Shown piece by piece: positions 55,527 to 64,000 of a stretch of DNA of 64,000 nt. The DNA is from a virus. The position numbers and the translations under genes were made by a program. The stretch lies in the IMG/VR virus record IMGVR_UViG_3300039412_000320; one strand, given 5' to 3'. Each line of letters starts with the position of its first letter. Position 1 is the first letter of the stretch. A model generated the notes under the pieces. The model was not told where the DNA came from. It saw nothing but the letters and a program-made list of their open reading frames with translations, and did not search any database.

Positions 55527-56798
55527 TTACATGGGCGGCGTCCAAGCGACCCAATCGAACAGCTTGTGTTCCGGGTGAACAAGGAAGCTGACCTGCGATG
55601 GGCGGGCGTGCCGTCCACAGCCGTGGTCAAATTCCGATGTGCCGCTGAGACTTCCGTTGATGAGAATGTTGCCGGATACAATACCGGGGACATGCCAGTG
55701 ACCACAGGAGATATAGTCGAAGCCGAGCTTCGCCATGTCTTCCATTTCCTGCCGCCAAGCATCCAGCATTGCCTGCATCCGCTTGATGGCTTCCCGGCCC
55801 CGCTCACGTTCGAGGCCATAGAAGGGAATGCCCATCCATGCCTTTACGGTGTCGCCGTGTTCGATGAGGAACTTCACACCCACCATATCGACCACATGCT
55901 TCATGCCCTCGGTAGTGACGATGTCAATGTTCTCGTGATTCTGGAGATAGGCATTGGCGATTTCGTACACCACGTGGCTCATGGAGTTGCTGGACTTCTG
56001 CTTGGATTGCGGCTTCTGTAACAGCCGTCCGTGGTTGTCCGCCCCAATCTCCACAAGGGTTATCTTGTCGAAATGGGGAGCGAAAGTGGAGACGGTCTGT
56101 GCAAGCAGTTTGCCCGCTTGCGTTGCCTGTACGGGGAGGGGGAACTCATTCGTGCGGCGGAGTTCTTCGTGGATGTCGCCGGATACCCAGTCACCTTCTC
56201 CGAAGACATACAGGTTGGGGATGTTGAAGGTAGTTCGGTGTGTATCCACCCAGCCGAGGAACTTCTGCGCAATGTACTTCATACGTTCCTGTGCTATATC
56301 CCAGTTGTAAATACCGAATCCCTCGGTCTCCTCGGGCTTGATGATTTCCCCAATATGCCAGTCGGAGAGTTTGATGCACGCAGCCATGTCGCTGCCCGCA
56401 CCCATGGGTGATTCAAACTCCACGGGCGGTAACGGGTCCAAGCCAGTGATGGCGTCCACAATGGCGTCGGTCATCTCTTGCCAGTAGCCCTGCTCCTCAT
56501 GTGCTTTCCTGACTTCGTTTCTGAGACGGCTGTTGTCCCGGCGCAGATATACTTCCCTCGGCTCTTCCGGGGGTGGAGCAACTTTGGCGGCTTTGACGGC
56601 GGGTTGGGCAACCTTGCGGGCGTGCTTTATGTTGGCTGCATCAAGAAGGGCCTCGAAGGTGGGGAAATACGCAGCCCATCGGTCCTTAAGTGGGCTGTTG
56701 TTACGAAAGAAATCACGACTAACTGGCTGGCTTCCATTGTTGGATAGCCTCTGCGCCTCCAGAATAAAATCTTCCCTCGTAGGCTTCTCTGCACTCAT
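55527..56798 (-). CDS. SbcD/Mre11-like calcineurin-type phosphoesterase (nuclease)
   Basis: 'KLSDWHIG', 'GDWVSGD', 'GADNHG', 'CGHWH'; start set at ATG preceded by AGGAGG (reverse complement of 56799-56806). Confidence 0.55.
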   Translation of the reverse strand: MSAEKPTREDFILEAQRLSNNGSQPVSRDFFRNNSPLKDRWAAYFPTFEALLDAANIKHARKVAQPAVKAAKVAPPPEEPREVYLRRDNSRLRNEVRKAHEEQGYWQEMTDAIVDAITGLDPLPPVEFESPMGAGSDMAACIKLSDWHIGEIIKPEETEGFGIYNWDIAQERMKYIAQKFLGWVDTHRTTFNIPNLYVFGEGDWVSGDIHEELRRTNEFPLPVQATQAGKLLAQTVSTFAPHFDKITLVEIGADNHGRLLQKPQSKQKSSNSMSHVVYEIANAYLQNHENIDIVTTEGMKHVVDMVGVKFLIEHGDTVKAWMGIPFYGLERERGREAIKRMQAMLDAWRQEMEDMAKLGFDYISCGHWHVPGIVSGNILINGSLSGTSEFDHGCGRHARPSQVSFLVHPEHKLFDWVAWTPPM

Positions 56799-56945
56799 AA
56801 TCCTCCTGTGGCGGTGTTTGTTGGCGTTATCACTACTGATGGGGGTGATAGTTGGCGTTTTGGGTACATTCCATGCACTCGCCGTTACATCCCCTTGATG
56901 GAGCATTCTCTGCGCATGATGTCTAATACTACAATTTCCCGATTC

Positions 56946-58103
56946 TTATTGTTCTTCTTTTTGATTTATAATACCACTAATTTGGTGGTCCCATCTAGTC
57001 TGGGGCCATCGTAAGCGTTTAGCCCTTGCCATAGAAGAACATTTTCTGCAAACGCTCCCCCGCTCCTCCATTTGTTTGCATAACCAAGCATATTTATAGT
57101 GCAAAGAAACACCACAAACCGGGCAGTGGCGTTCCGTTTTAGTATATAAGGGGGCACATCTATTCTTTGCCGCACAACTACCACACAGCCCGTTAGTCTT
57201 ATCAGCTATTTTACAGTGGTACTTATTCTTATAGATTAGTCTTTTTTTACATTGGGGACAAAGGCGGGATTTTATGTTTGGCGATACCGGGCTACCATCT
57301 GGCGAATATCCGGTACGGGCATGAATCAAGTCCCCATTTTGGTACGCCGGGTCTGTCACTCTTACTCGTTTGTAGACACCATCTTTATCTATTGTTAGAA
57401 CATATCCTTTGTTTACATGGGTGAGTTCCCCGGTTATCAGCCGTGGGTCATCACAGGTGGTATCAATCACAATCCCAGCCTTGTCCTTCGTTGTTATTCT
57501 GCCCTTTCGTACATGCACTAACTCCCCGGACAAATATCGAGGGTCATCTTTTCTTACTTTGAAGCGGTTTCCGAGAGAGTCTTTAACATTGACCGTGTAT
57601 CTCGCAAAGTGCGTTAGGCTACCGTCTTTAAGGCGGGGGTCATTTGTTTCTACATGGTATATATCCCCATTTTTATCCTTTGCGGCAACCTTTCCTCTCA
57701 TTGTTTTACCGCACTGGTCCTTAACCACACTAACCGCCCTTTCGTACTCTTGAAGATATTCGTCTTCTATTTTAATCTTTCCCATTTTGCTCATCATTTT
57801 CCATGCATAGGCGGTAGCTTGGCATTTGACGGCCCTGAATAAAAGGTAGTGAGCCTTGAAGTGGTCAAATGGGCTTATTTTAACTGAATTCCACGGATGA
57901 CCGACTCTACTCTTGTATTCCGGGAACATAGATTTAGGGAGGATGTGGTGCCAGTTTCCTTTTTCTCTTTCTGGTAGTTTTGACTTTTGGATGTGGTCTA
58001 AGTATGCCCAAAAGGCGTCTCGGTCAACCATCGGATATCGTTCTATAAATATGTCTATGAGTTCCTTCATTGGGAATCCTCTAATAAGGAGTTCGGTAAT
58101 CAT
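56946..58103 (-). CDS. HNH-like homing endonuclease with four tandem 'DPRLxxGxLxH' repeats and C-terminal Zn fingers
   Basis: 'NWHHILPKS...N...FDHFKAH'; repeats 'DPRLKDGSLTHFARYT', 'DPRYLSGELVHVRKG', 'DPRLITGELTHVNKG', 'DPAYQNGDLIHARTG'; 'CPQCKK...CGSC', 'CPVCG...CRKC'. Confidence 0.45.
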   Translation of the reverse strand: MITELLIRGFPMKELIDIFIERYPMVDRDAFWAYLDHIQKSKLPEREKGNWHHILPKSMFPEYKSRVGHPWNSVKISPFDHFKAHYLLFRAVKCQATAYAWKMMSKMGKIKIEDEYLQEYERAVSVVKDQCGKTMRGKVAAKDKNGDIYHVETNDPRLKDGSLTHFARYTVNVKDSLGNRFKVRKDDPRYLSGELVHVRKGRITTKDKAGIVIDTTCDDPRLITGELTHVNKGYVLTIDKDGVYKRVRVTDPAYQNGDLIHARTGYSPDGSPVSPNIKSRLCPQCKKRLIYKNKYHCKIADKTNGLCGSCAAKNRCAPLYTKTERHCPVCGVSLHYKYAWLCKQMEERGSVCRKCSSMARAKRLRWPQTRWDHQISGIINQKEEQ

Positions 58104-58130
58104 TTAATACCCGTTTACCGCAAGTTGCTC

Positions 58131-59279
58131 ATGGAATCTGAAAAGAAATTAATTCAAGCCAAGCTTTCGCAGATGCATACTACCGAATTTCGGGGTATGC
58201 CCATTCTGATTGAGTGGCCAGCGGGGTTGGAGCGTGTCGGTACTGATGAAGACGGCAAGACGTGGCGAAGGAAAATGCACTTCGATTATGGGCATTTTAT
58301 CGGTGTAAATGGTAAAGATGATGAAGGATTGGACTGCTATATAGGCCCCTACCCTCACTCTGATAAAGTTTATATAGTAGAACAATTGAAGGCTAATGGG
58401 GAGACCCCGGATGAATTTAAAGTGATGCTGGGATTTGATACATTAGAACATGCTCAGCAGGCGTATCTTGTCCACTACCCTAAAGGATGGGAAGAAGAAA
58501 GGCTGGGGGACGTGTTTGAGACAGACCTTGGTTCTCTCCGCACTAAAGTGGAGGAGCATCAAGAAGGGGATGAGGACAGGAAAAAGACAGCAACACTTAA
58601 AAAGTTTGATACTGGGGAAGTTGCATTCGAGGAGCAAGGAGTTGAGATATACATTTTACCCTTAAACCCTAAGAAGTTACGTCGGGGTGAACCTCATGCT
58701 ATGTGGACGGTACAGGTTTTGGATGAGGAGAATCGTTTTGCTATGACTTATCGGTCGAACATAATCGACCCCGAAGATATCATCAAGCGTCAGTTGAAGA
58801 ATTATCTGCCTATACGGGGGACAGTGACAAGCTGGACCAAGGATGATGTTTGGCTCCGTGAATGGAAATCTACACACAAGGAGAATAAAATGGGTAGTTT
58901 GAACAAGACAGAGGGACTTTTGGAGAAAATAAAAGGGACAGAATATGACATGGCAGGGTCAAAGCTTTCAGGTTTCTGGCATGACGGCCCAGCGACCTGC
59001 ATGGACTGCCGCCACAGGACACCCCACTCCAAGAATGCCGAGGGGGTAGAAGTAGACTCCTGTAAGCATCCCGTGGTCATGGTAGACCCGGAGCTACAAG
59101 AAAAAAAGCTCCCGGACGGCACCATTGAGGTGGACGCCGACGACTGGTGCCGGTTTGCCCAGAAGCCGGTAAAAAAGGAAGAAAAGTCCGAACCGGCCAA
59201 ACCAGAAACCCCAGAAAAGCTTGAGAAAAAGCCAATGACCGGCTCCATCTACTTTAAGGTGCTGAACTCAATGAGATAA
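58131..59279 (+). CDS. hypothetical protein
   Basis: ATG 58131 (the track used an upstream TTG). Confidence 0.45.
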   Translation: MESEKKLIQAKLSQMHTTEFRGMPILIEWPAGLERVGTDEDGKTWRRKMHFDYGHFIGVNGKDDEGLDCYIGPYPHSDKVYIVEQLKANGETPDEFKVMLGFDTLEHAQQAYLVHYPKGWEEERLGDVFETDLGSLRTKVEEHQEGDEDRKKTATLKKFDTGEVAFEEQGVEIYILPLNPKKLRRGEPHAMWTVQVLDEENRFAMTYRSNIIDPEDIIKRQLKNYLPIRGTVTSWTKDDVWLREWKSTHKENKMGSLNKTEGLLEKIKGTEYDMAGSKLSGFWHDGPATCMDCRHRTPHSKNAEGVEVDSCKHPVVMVDPELQEKKLPDGTIEVDADDWCRFAQKPVKKEEKSEPAKPETPEKLEKKPMTGSIYFKVLNSMR

Positions 59280-59336
59280 AGAAAACTTCCGGGCGCATGG
59301 TTGAAGGACCCCAAATCCGGTAATATTCATAGGTAG

Positions 59337-59618
59337 GTGACCATGAAGCCGAAGGGAGTAATAATCAAAGGTGTGCGATTCCGCCCCGGCGAGGTGGACT
59401 GGGAAGATGCTTATTCGGAAGGCAGAAAACCCCTCCCCGATTTTGAGAAGGTTAAGCTGGGCGGGGACTTTATCGGTTCCAAGATTACCGCAGTCGGTCT
59501 TATCGCCAAGATAGGACACTACTTAGTCATCATAACGGAGAAGAATGAGGAAGCGGACGAGTACGATTACACCGTCATTCCCCTTCACGCTAAGACCACT
59601 ATTAGGTTTCACAGGTAA
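59337..59618 (+). CDS. hypothetical protein
   Basis: ORF. Confidence 0.4.
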   Translation: MTMKPKGVIIKGVRFRPGEVDWEDAYSEGRKPLPDFEKVKLGGDFIGSKITAVGLIAKIGHYLVIITEKNEEADEYDYTVIPLHAKTTIRFHR

Positions 59619-59651
59619 CTGAACTATGGGTTCCTTTATAGGGGGCTTATT

Positions 59652-60503
59652 ATGTTCATATACCTTATCGCTAATCACATCACAGGAAAATACTACATCG
59701 GTCAGCATAAGGGTAGAGACCTCCGCAAATATCTTCACAAAAAATTTTGGGAAGCGGAACATGGTTTAGGCGGGTCCTCCCATCTTTACGCCGCTATAAG
59801 AAAATATGGAAGAAGTAGTTTCAGCATTCATGCTCTCCGTTCGGATATCCAAACAAAAGAAGAGTTAGACCAAGTCGAAAAGGATTTTATTATTTTTCTA
59901 AAAGCCCAAGACCCTGAATATGGTTACAACATCCGTCGAGGAGGAGAGGGATTTACCTCAGAAGAAGCAAAGGAAATTGCCAAAAATCGACTAGCCGACC
60001 CCACATTTATTACCAGATTAACTATGGCGTTGAAAGAAGCATGGAAAGACCCTGAAACTCAAGCCAAACATTCCGAGTCTATCAAAAAATTATGGCAAGA
60101 TTCGGAGTTCCGTGACAAAGTTGTTAAAAAACTGAGGAGCCCAGAAGTAAGAGATAGAAAATCTAAGGCTAATAGGAAAAGATTTTCTACTTATGAGGCT
60201 CGTACTAAACAAGCCAAAGCAGTAAATGCGGGGTGGTCTGATTTAGAGCTTCGCACCAGACAATCTGAGTTAGTTAAGAAGCTATGGTCAGACCCCCAAA
60301 CTCGATATAAAATGATGGAGGGGGTTAAGAAACGAGCAGCTACCATAAGTTTGAATGGTAAAAAAACTATGTCCAAGCCAGGACACCTGTCTTATATGAC
60401 TAAAAAAGGGCATTGCCAACGCTGGAACATCAACCGTGGCAAACCTTGTACCTGCGGATATCATCCTTTGCTTATGCTCAAGGTAAATGAGAGAACCACT
60501 TAA
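59652..60503 (+). CDS. GIY-YIG homing endonuclease (paralog family A) with C-terminal C..W.I.RGKPC.CG.H module
   Basis: 'MFIYLIANHITGKYYIGQHKG'; 'CQRWNINRGKPCTCGYH'; class A motif at 59631-59646. Confidence 0.8.
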   Translation: MFIYLIANHITGKYYIGQHKGRDLRKYLHKKFWEAEHGLGGSSHLYAAIRKYGRSSFSIHALRSDIQTKEELDQVEKDFIIFLKAQDPEYGYNIRRGGEGFTSEEAKEIAKNRLADPTFITRLTMALKEAWKDPETQAKHSESIKKLWQDSEFRDKVVKKLRSPEVRDRKSKANRKRFSTYEARTKQAKAVNAGWSDLELRTRQSELVKKLWSDPQTRYKMMEGVKKRAATISLNGKKTMSKPGHLSYMTKKGHCQRWNINRGKPCTCGYHPLLMLKVNERTT

Positions 60504-60581
60504 CCCTACTGAAAACAACCCGACTTCCTATTTCTCAATCAGGGGGAAACTTGTCCCCGGACTTGAAAAACCAAGGGTTAT

Positions 60582-63500
60582 ATGAGTTCACTCAATCCAT
60601 TGCTTCAACCGACAGCCGGGGCATCCGGGGAAGCGCCCCCCATGACAGTTCGTTTGGAAATCCATGATTCCCACCGAGGAGAGCTTTCCGGCAGGGTAGA
60701 AGCTTGGCTGGAGGGTGGCGGGGTATGGGCGACCGGTCCAGACGGCAAGGAGACCCAACAGGGAACACGTATTGGCTACGTGGACTTTTCGGAGTACGAT
60801 AACGAAATTTGGATAAAGTACGTTCATGTTCAGCCGGAATACCGTCGCCGTGGTGTGGCGACCGCCATGTACGAGAAGCTCAAGGCAGAGTTTCCCGGTG
60901 AGCAAATTGTTAGCAGCGGCACCACGGGAGAGGGTGGGGAACTTAGGAAGTCTTTGAAGGAGCGGGGAGTCATTGCCGCCGATGAGGCTTTGGACTACGG
61001 AGAGGTCATCAATGTGCTTCACAGCCTCATGCCGGATGTGGACCCCAGCCTCCCGGAGCCACAAATCAGGATTGCCGACTATACCCGCTCCAAGTGGCTA
61101 GGCCGGACCGAGTGGCGGCACGGGGAACCCAATACCACTATCGTCCTTCAAAAAGCCATTTGTCATGATGAGGAGACCCTCCGCCGTATCATTGCCCACG
61201 AGCTTGTACACCACGAACAGATGCTTAAGGTGTGGTCAACCTACCCCGGAGGAAAGGTCTTCGATAGGATAGTGAGAATCGAAGGTGGGCATGGTGGGGT
61301 CTTTAAGGAGATAGCCAACCGTTGGAACGCCAAACACGGCAAAGACTTCATCACAAATAAATCTGATGAGAGTTACGAGAAACAGTTTACCGAGCGTCCC
61401 TTCTTTGTTTTAGTCTCTCGTACTAGCTGGGGTTCTCCCCGTTGGCAGGCGTCTATCCGCATTTCTGGCAAACAGAAAATATGGATGAGCGGCAAGAACA
61501 TGGAAGAGTACCGGCTGACTCAGACCACCGACCAAGATTTCGTTGATGCCCCTAATATTGGTTCTAGGCATTGGGAGTACCCCCACAAGGATAACCATGG
61601 TTTGATTCTCGCTGCCGAGGCATTGATGAAAATGCCAGACCTCCGTTTGCAATGGGATGAAAAGCCCCCGGCAAGTGTTGCCGAGGAGCGTGCCAAGAGG
61701 CAGGAGATTTATGAGAAAATGAGGGAGTGGTCTCGGTCCCGGCGACAGAAGAAAACCGAGAAGTGGTTTCAAGACCTCAAAGACAGGTCGGATGCTTACC
61801 AGCAAAGTAAGGCATCCGCTGTGAATACTCAGCCCACTCCCGAGGTCTTGGATGAGGCTCGTGCTCTGCGCACGGAGTTGCGCATGGGGGATACCACCGC
61901 CGTGAGGGGTCAGGGTAACTGCGGATTCATTGCTGACTCCGCTTCTAAAAAGTATGGTTGGGATGTTTATGCCGGGCTGTACTTGGAAGACAACGGCAAG
62001 CAAATCGACCATGTTTGGAACGTCTCGGAAGACGGAACCATCATAGACATCACCCATGACCAGTTTGGACCACCCGATATCAACGTGGTCAAGCCCGGTC
62101 AGCCGGGGTACGATGACTACCACGCTTACTGCTGGCAGTATCTCCCAGAGGATGAAGCGAACGCCTGTCCCATCTGTGGTAATGGAGTAGTGAACGAGGA
62201 GTCCCAGCCTGATGAAGATATGGAAGAACTGAAAAAGACTTCCTCTCAGAAGGTGGGGTTGGATGCTATCAGGAAACAGGCAAGGGTGAGTCAAAATCTC
62301 ACTTGGCTAGTCAACTATCTCACCATGAGCAGGCGGGATATGGGTGAGGGATATTCACTATCGGATGAGTATGTCAGGCGGTATGATGAGCTTAATGACC
62401 GCTATGGGATAACATGGAAAGACAGCTTTCGATATATGGAAACGGTAAGACAGAAACAGCCGATAAGCGTCAACCAAATTGAGAAGATTGACATAGTAGA
62501 CAAGTCTATAAAAACAGCAGACTCCCACAAGCAGACGCCCCATAGGGAGAATGACTTCGAGAGCTTGAGTGAAGGCGAGGGGCTAGAGGGATACGCTAAC
62601 CAACCGGAATGCGAGGGTGGTAATAAGGCGATTATTCCTATGAACGTTCTGGAGGAGCAGGCCAAGCTTACGATGACCGCCTCTCCTGTTGCTCACTTCC
62701 CGTCGTGGGATGAGTTCGTTAAGAAAGAAGGCGGGATTGAGAAGATTGTCAATGGGTTTGGCTCCAGTTGGGACCAGTGGGAACCCTATGACCGGGCGGA
62801 GACGGAAGCTTTCGATGCTCTGGAGCAGAAGGAGCAACAGGAATATCTGGAGCGTCGGGCCTATGAAGATTTGGAGAACCGGTACTATGATGTTCTTGGC
62901 GACCACTCCATGTGGTCCTTCCCATTGGATGTCTACCGGGTAGTTACCCTCAAAGACATCAGGGGATTAAAGCGCCGGGGTATCGGGGTTTTCTGGTCAC
63001 GGGATGAAAATGCCGCCGAAGCACACTGGGGAAACTTTGGACCGGGGTATCAGAAATACATCATTCATGCACAAGTGCAGGAGCAGGATGTTGACTGGGA
63101 GGCAACCGTCTGGGTGAACCTTGACCCCTCCCTTGGAGAAGAGGAAAAGGAGATACGCTTAAAGGAGGGAACACACCCGCAGATACTCGGTTGGAAGGGA
63201 ACCAGTGAAAATTCATGGCATCAACCCCCGGCAGCTTGGAAGAATGTAACCGCTTCTTCCTCGTGGGTTATCCCCAAGGAAGCCGCCACGGTGGGGTATG
63301 TCTATCATGTGACCTATGCCAACCGACTTGAGGATATCATCTGGCAGGGGTTGGAACCCGGTCATCCCCCGGTCATCGGTGAGAATTACGGTTGGCACAC
63401 TGAGGGGCGTATTTTCTTCTCTGACCCACGGGGCGTGGGGTTCTGGGTCAGTAGAGTGGAGGAGTGGGCTTACCACAACTCAGATAGCCCCGTTTCTGAT

Positions 63501-63839
63501 GGCATGATTCCCGTAGTCTTGCGCATCAAGGAGTACAAACGTTACGGGTTTGAGGAAGATGAATATGGAACGGGTGATGCTGGTGCCGAAGCCTTCTTTA
63601 CCCAAAAGACCATCCCCGCCAGTCGGATAGAGATGTGGGATGGAAAGGTCTGGCGCAAACTCAATGAGGATTTGCTTGAGGAACTTGGCCTTGTACGCTT
63701 TGGCATGAATGAACCTGACCCATCTTGGGACCTTAACGGAACATTGAGGGAAAAGCAGGAAGAGAAGGCAGAGAAAGAGGGGTACTTGGATGAGCAATTT
63801 GGTCCTTTAATGAATCCTAGGTTTTCTAATGAAAGTTAA
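60582..63839 (+). CDS. 1085-aa polyvalent protein: GNAT acetyltransferase-like N-domain + HExxH metallopeptidase-like + Cys-protease/transglutaminase-like segment + large C-terminal region
   Basis: 'IWIKYVHVQPEYRRRGVATAMYEKL' (GNAT motif A); 'RRIIAHELVHHEQ'; 'GQGNCGFIADSA...DHVWN'. Confidence 0.45.
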   Translation: MSSLNPLLQPTAGASGEAPPMTVRLEIHDSHRGELSGRVEAWLEGGGVWATGPDGKETQQGTRIGYVDFSEYDNEIWIKYVHVQPEYRRRGVATAMYEKLKAEFPGEQIVSSGTTGEGGELRKSLKERGVIAADEALDYGEVINVLHSLMPDVDPSLPEPQIRIADYTRSKWLGRTEWRHGEPNTTIVLQKAICHDEETLRRIIAHELVHHEQMLKVWSTYPGGKVFDRIVRIEGGHGGVFKEIANRWNAKHGKDFITNKSDESYEKQFTERPFFVLVSRTSWGSPRWQASIRISGKQKIWMSGKNMEEYRLTQTTDQDFVDAPNIGSRHWEYPHKDNHGLILAAEALMKMPDLRLQWDEKPPASVAEERAKRQEIYEKMREWSRSRRQKKTEKWFQDLKDRSDAYQQSKASAVNTQPTPEVLDEARALRTELRMGDTTAVRGQGNCGFIADSASKKYGWDVYAGLYLEDNGKQIDHVWNVSEDGTIIDITHDQFGPPDINVVKPGQPGYDDYHAYCWQYLPEDEANACPICGNGVVNEESQPDEDMEELKKTSSQKVGLDAIRKQARVSQNLTWLVNYLTMSRRDMGEGYSLSDEYVRRYDELNDRYGITWKDSFRYMETVRQKQPISVNQIEKIDIVDKSIKTADSHKQTPHRENDFESLSEGEGLEGYANQPECEGGNKAIIPMNVLEEQAKLTMTASPVAHFPSWDEFVKKEGGIEKIVNGFGSSWDQWEPYDRAETEAFDALEQKEQQEYLERRAYEDLENRYYDVLGDHSMWSFPLDVYRVVTLKDIRGLKRRGIGVFWSRDENAAEAHWGNFGPGYQKYIIHAQVQEQDVDWEATVWVNLDPSLGEEEKEIRLKEGTHPQILGWKGTSENSWHQPPAAWKNVTASSSWVIPKEAATVGYVYHVTYANRLEDIIWQGLEPGHPPVIGENYGWHTEGRIFFSDPRGVGFWVSRVEEWAYHNSDSPVSDGMIPVVLRIKEYKRYGFEEDEYGTGDAGAEAFFTQKTIPASRIEMWDGKVWRKLNEDLLEELGLVRFGMNEPDPSWDLNGTLREKQEEKAEKEGYLDEQFGPLMNPRFSNES

Positions 63840-63868
63840 CTTTTCAACCCATCTATAGGAGGATATGG

Positions 63869-64000
63869 ATGGGCAGAAAATACGAAAAGGGTAACATTCC
63901 TTGGAATAAGGGGTCAGAGCTTTCTAGTGACCACCGAAGAAAAATTAGTGAATCCCATAAGGGAATCAAGGTAATTCGGGGACACTCAAAGGAGGAAGAG
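63869..64000 (+). CDS. 3'-truncated ORF with NUMOD3-type motif (homing-endonuclease-associated DNA-binding module)
   Basis: SD TAGGAGGA; 'NIPWNKGSELSSDHRRKISESHKGIK'; class A-like motif at 63838-63862. Confidence 0.45.
   Translation, partial: MGRKYEKGNIPWNKGSELSSDHRRKISESHKGIKVIRGHSKEEE

Noticed and set aside
1-64000. Prophage or integrative-element interpretation, and tRNA, rRNA or CRISPR content.
   Set aside because: No integrase, recombinase, att-like direct repeats, host housekeeping genes, tRNA-like cloverleaf candidates in intergenic gaps or repeat-spacer arrays were seen. Gene content is that of a lytic phage replication/virion region.

Overview
This 64 kb window reads as a segment of a large virulent dsDNA bacteriophage genome rather than host chromosome. 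About 70 genes are tightly packed, almost all on the + strand, and many have overlapping stop/start codons (ATGA, TAATG). No integrase, att site, tRNA, rRNA or CRISPR array was found. Three themes dominate.

(1) The first ~9 kb encodes a partial tandem-repeat lectin-like fibre protein, then a 1222-aa five-module enzyme (GT2, TPR, class I SAM methyltransferase, GT32-like DXD, GT2), then a Thr-rich collagen-like fibre protein with two C1q/BclA-CTD-like heads. A second GT plus methyltransferase pair sits at 48.4-50.8 kb. Together these look like a phage-encoded fibre glycosylation system.

(2) There is a T4-like replication and recombination set: XPD/DinG-like helicase, RecA/UvsX-like recombinase, an SMC/SbcC-like ATPase N-half interrupted by a LAGLIDADG intein in its P-loop, CHC2 zinc-finger (primase-like) protein, family A DNA polymerase with 3'-5' exonuclease and a long C-terminal extension, clamp-loader AAA+ subunit, SbcD/Mre11-like phosphoesterase, RuvC-like resolvase and an HU-like protein.

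(3) There is an extreme density of selfish or homing-endonuclease-like genes: about 10 GIY-YIG genes (five near-identical paralogs), about 7 HNH genes, 3 Endonuclease VII-family genes, 1 PD-(D/E)XK-like gene and the intein endonuclease. Most sit behind one of two recurring upstream promoter-like motifs, called class A and class B here.

Other notable genes: a small J-domain protein translationally coupled to a Cys/His partner, a NusG-like NGN-KOW protein, a Nudix-like protein, and a 1085-aa polyvalent protein (GNAT + HExxH + Cys-protease-like). All functional calls come from motifs read directly in the translations; no database search was possible.
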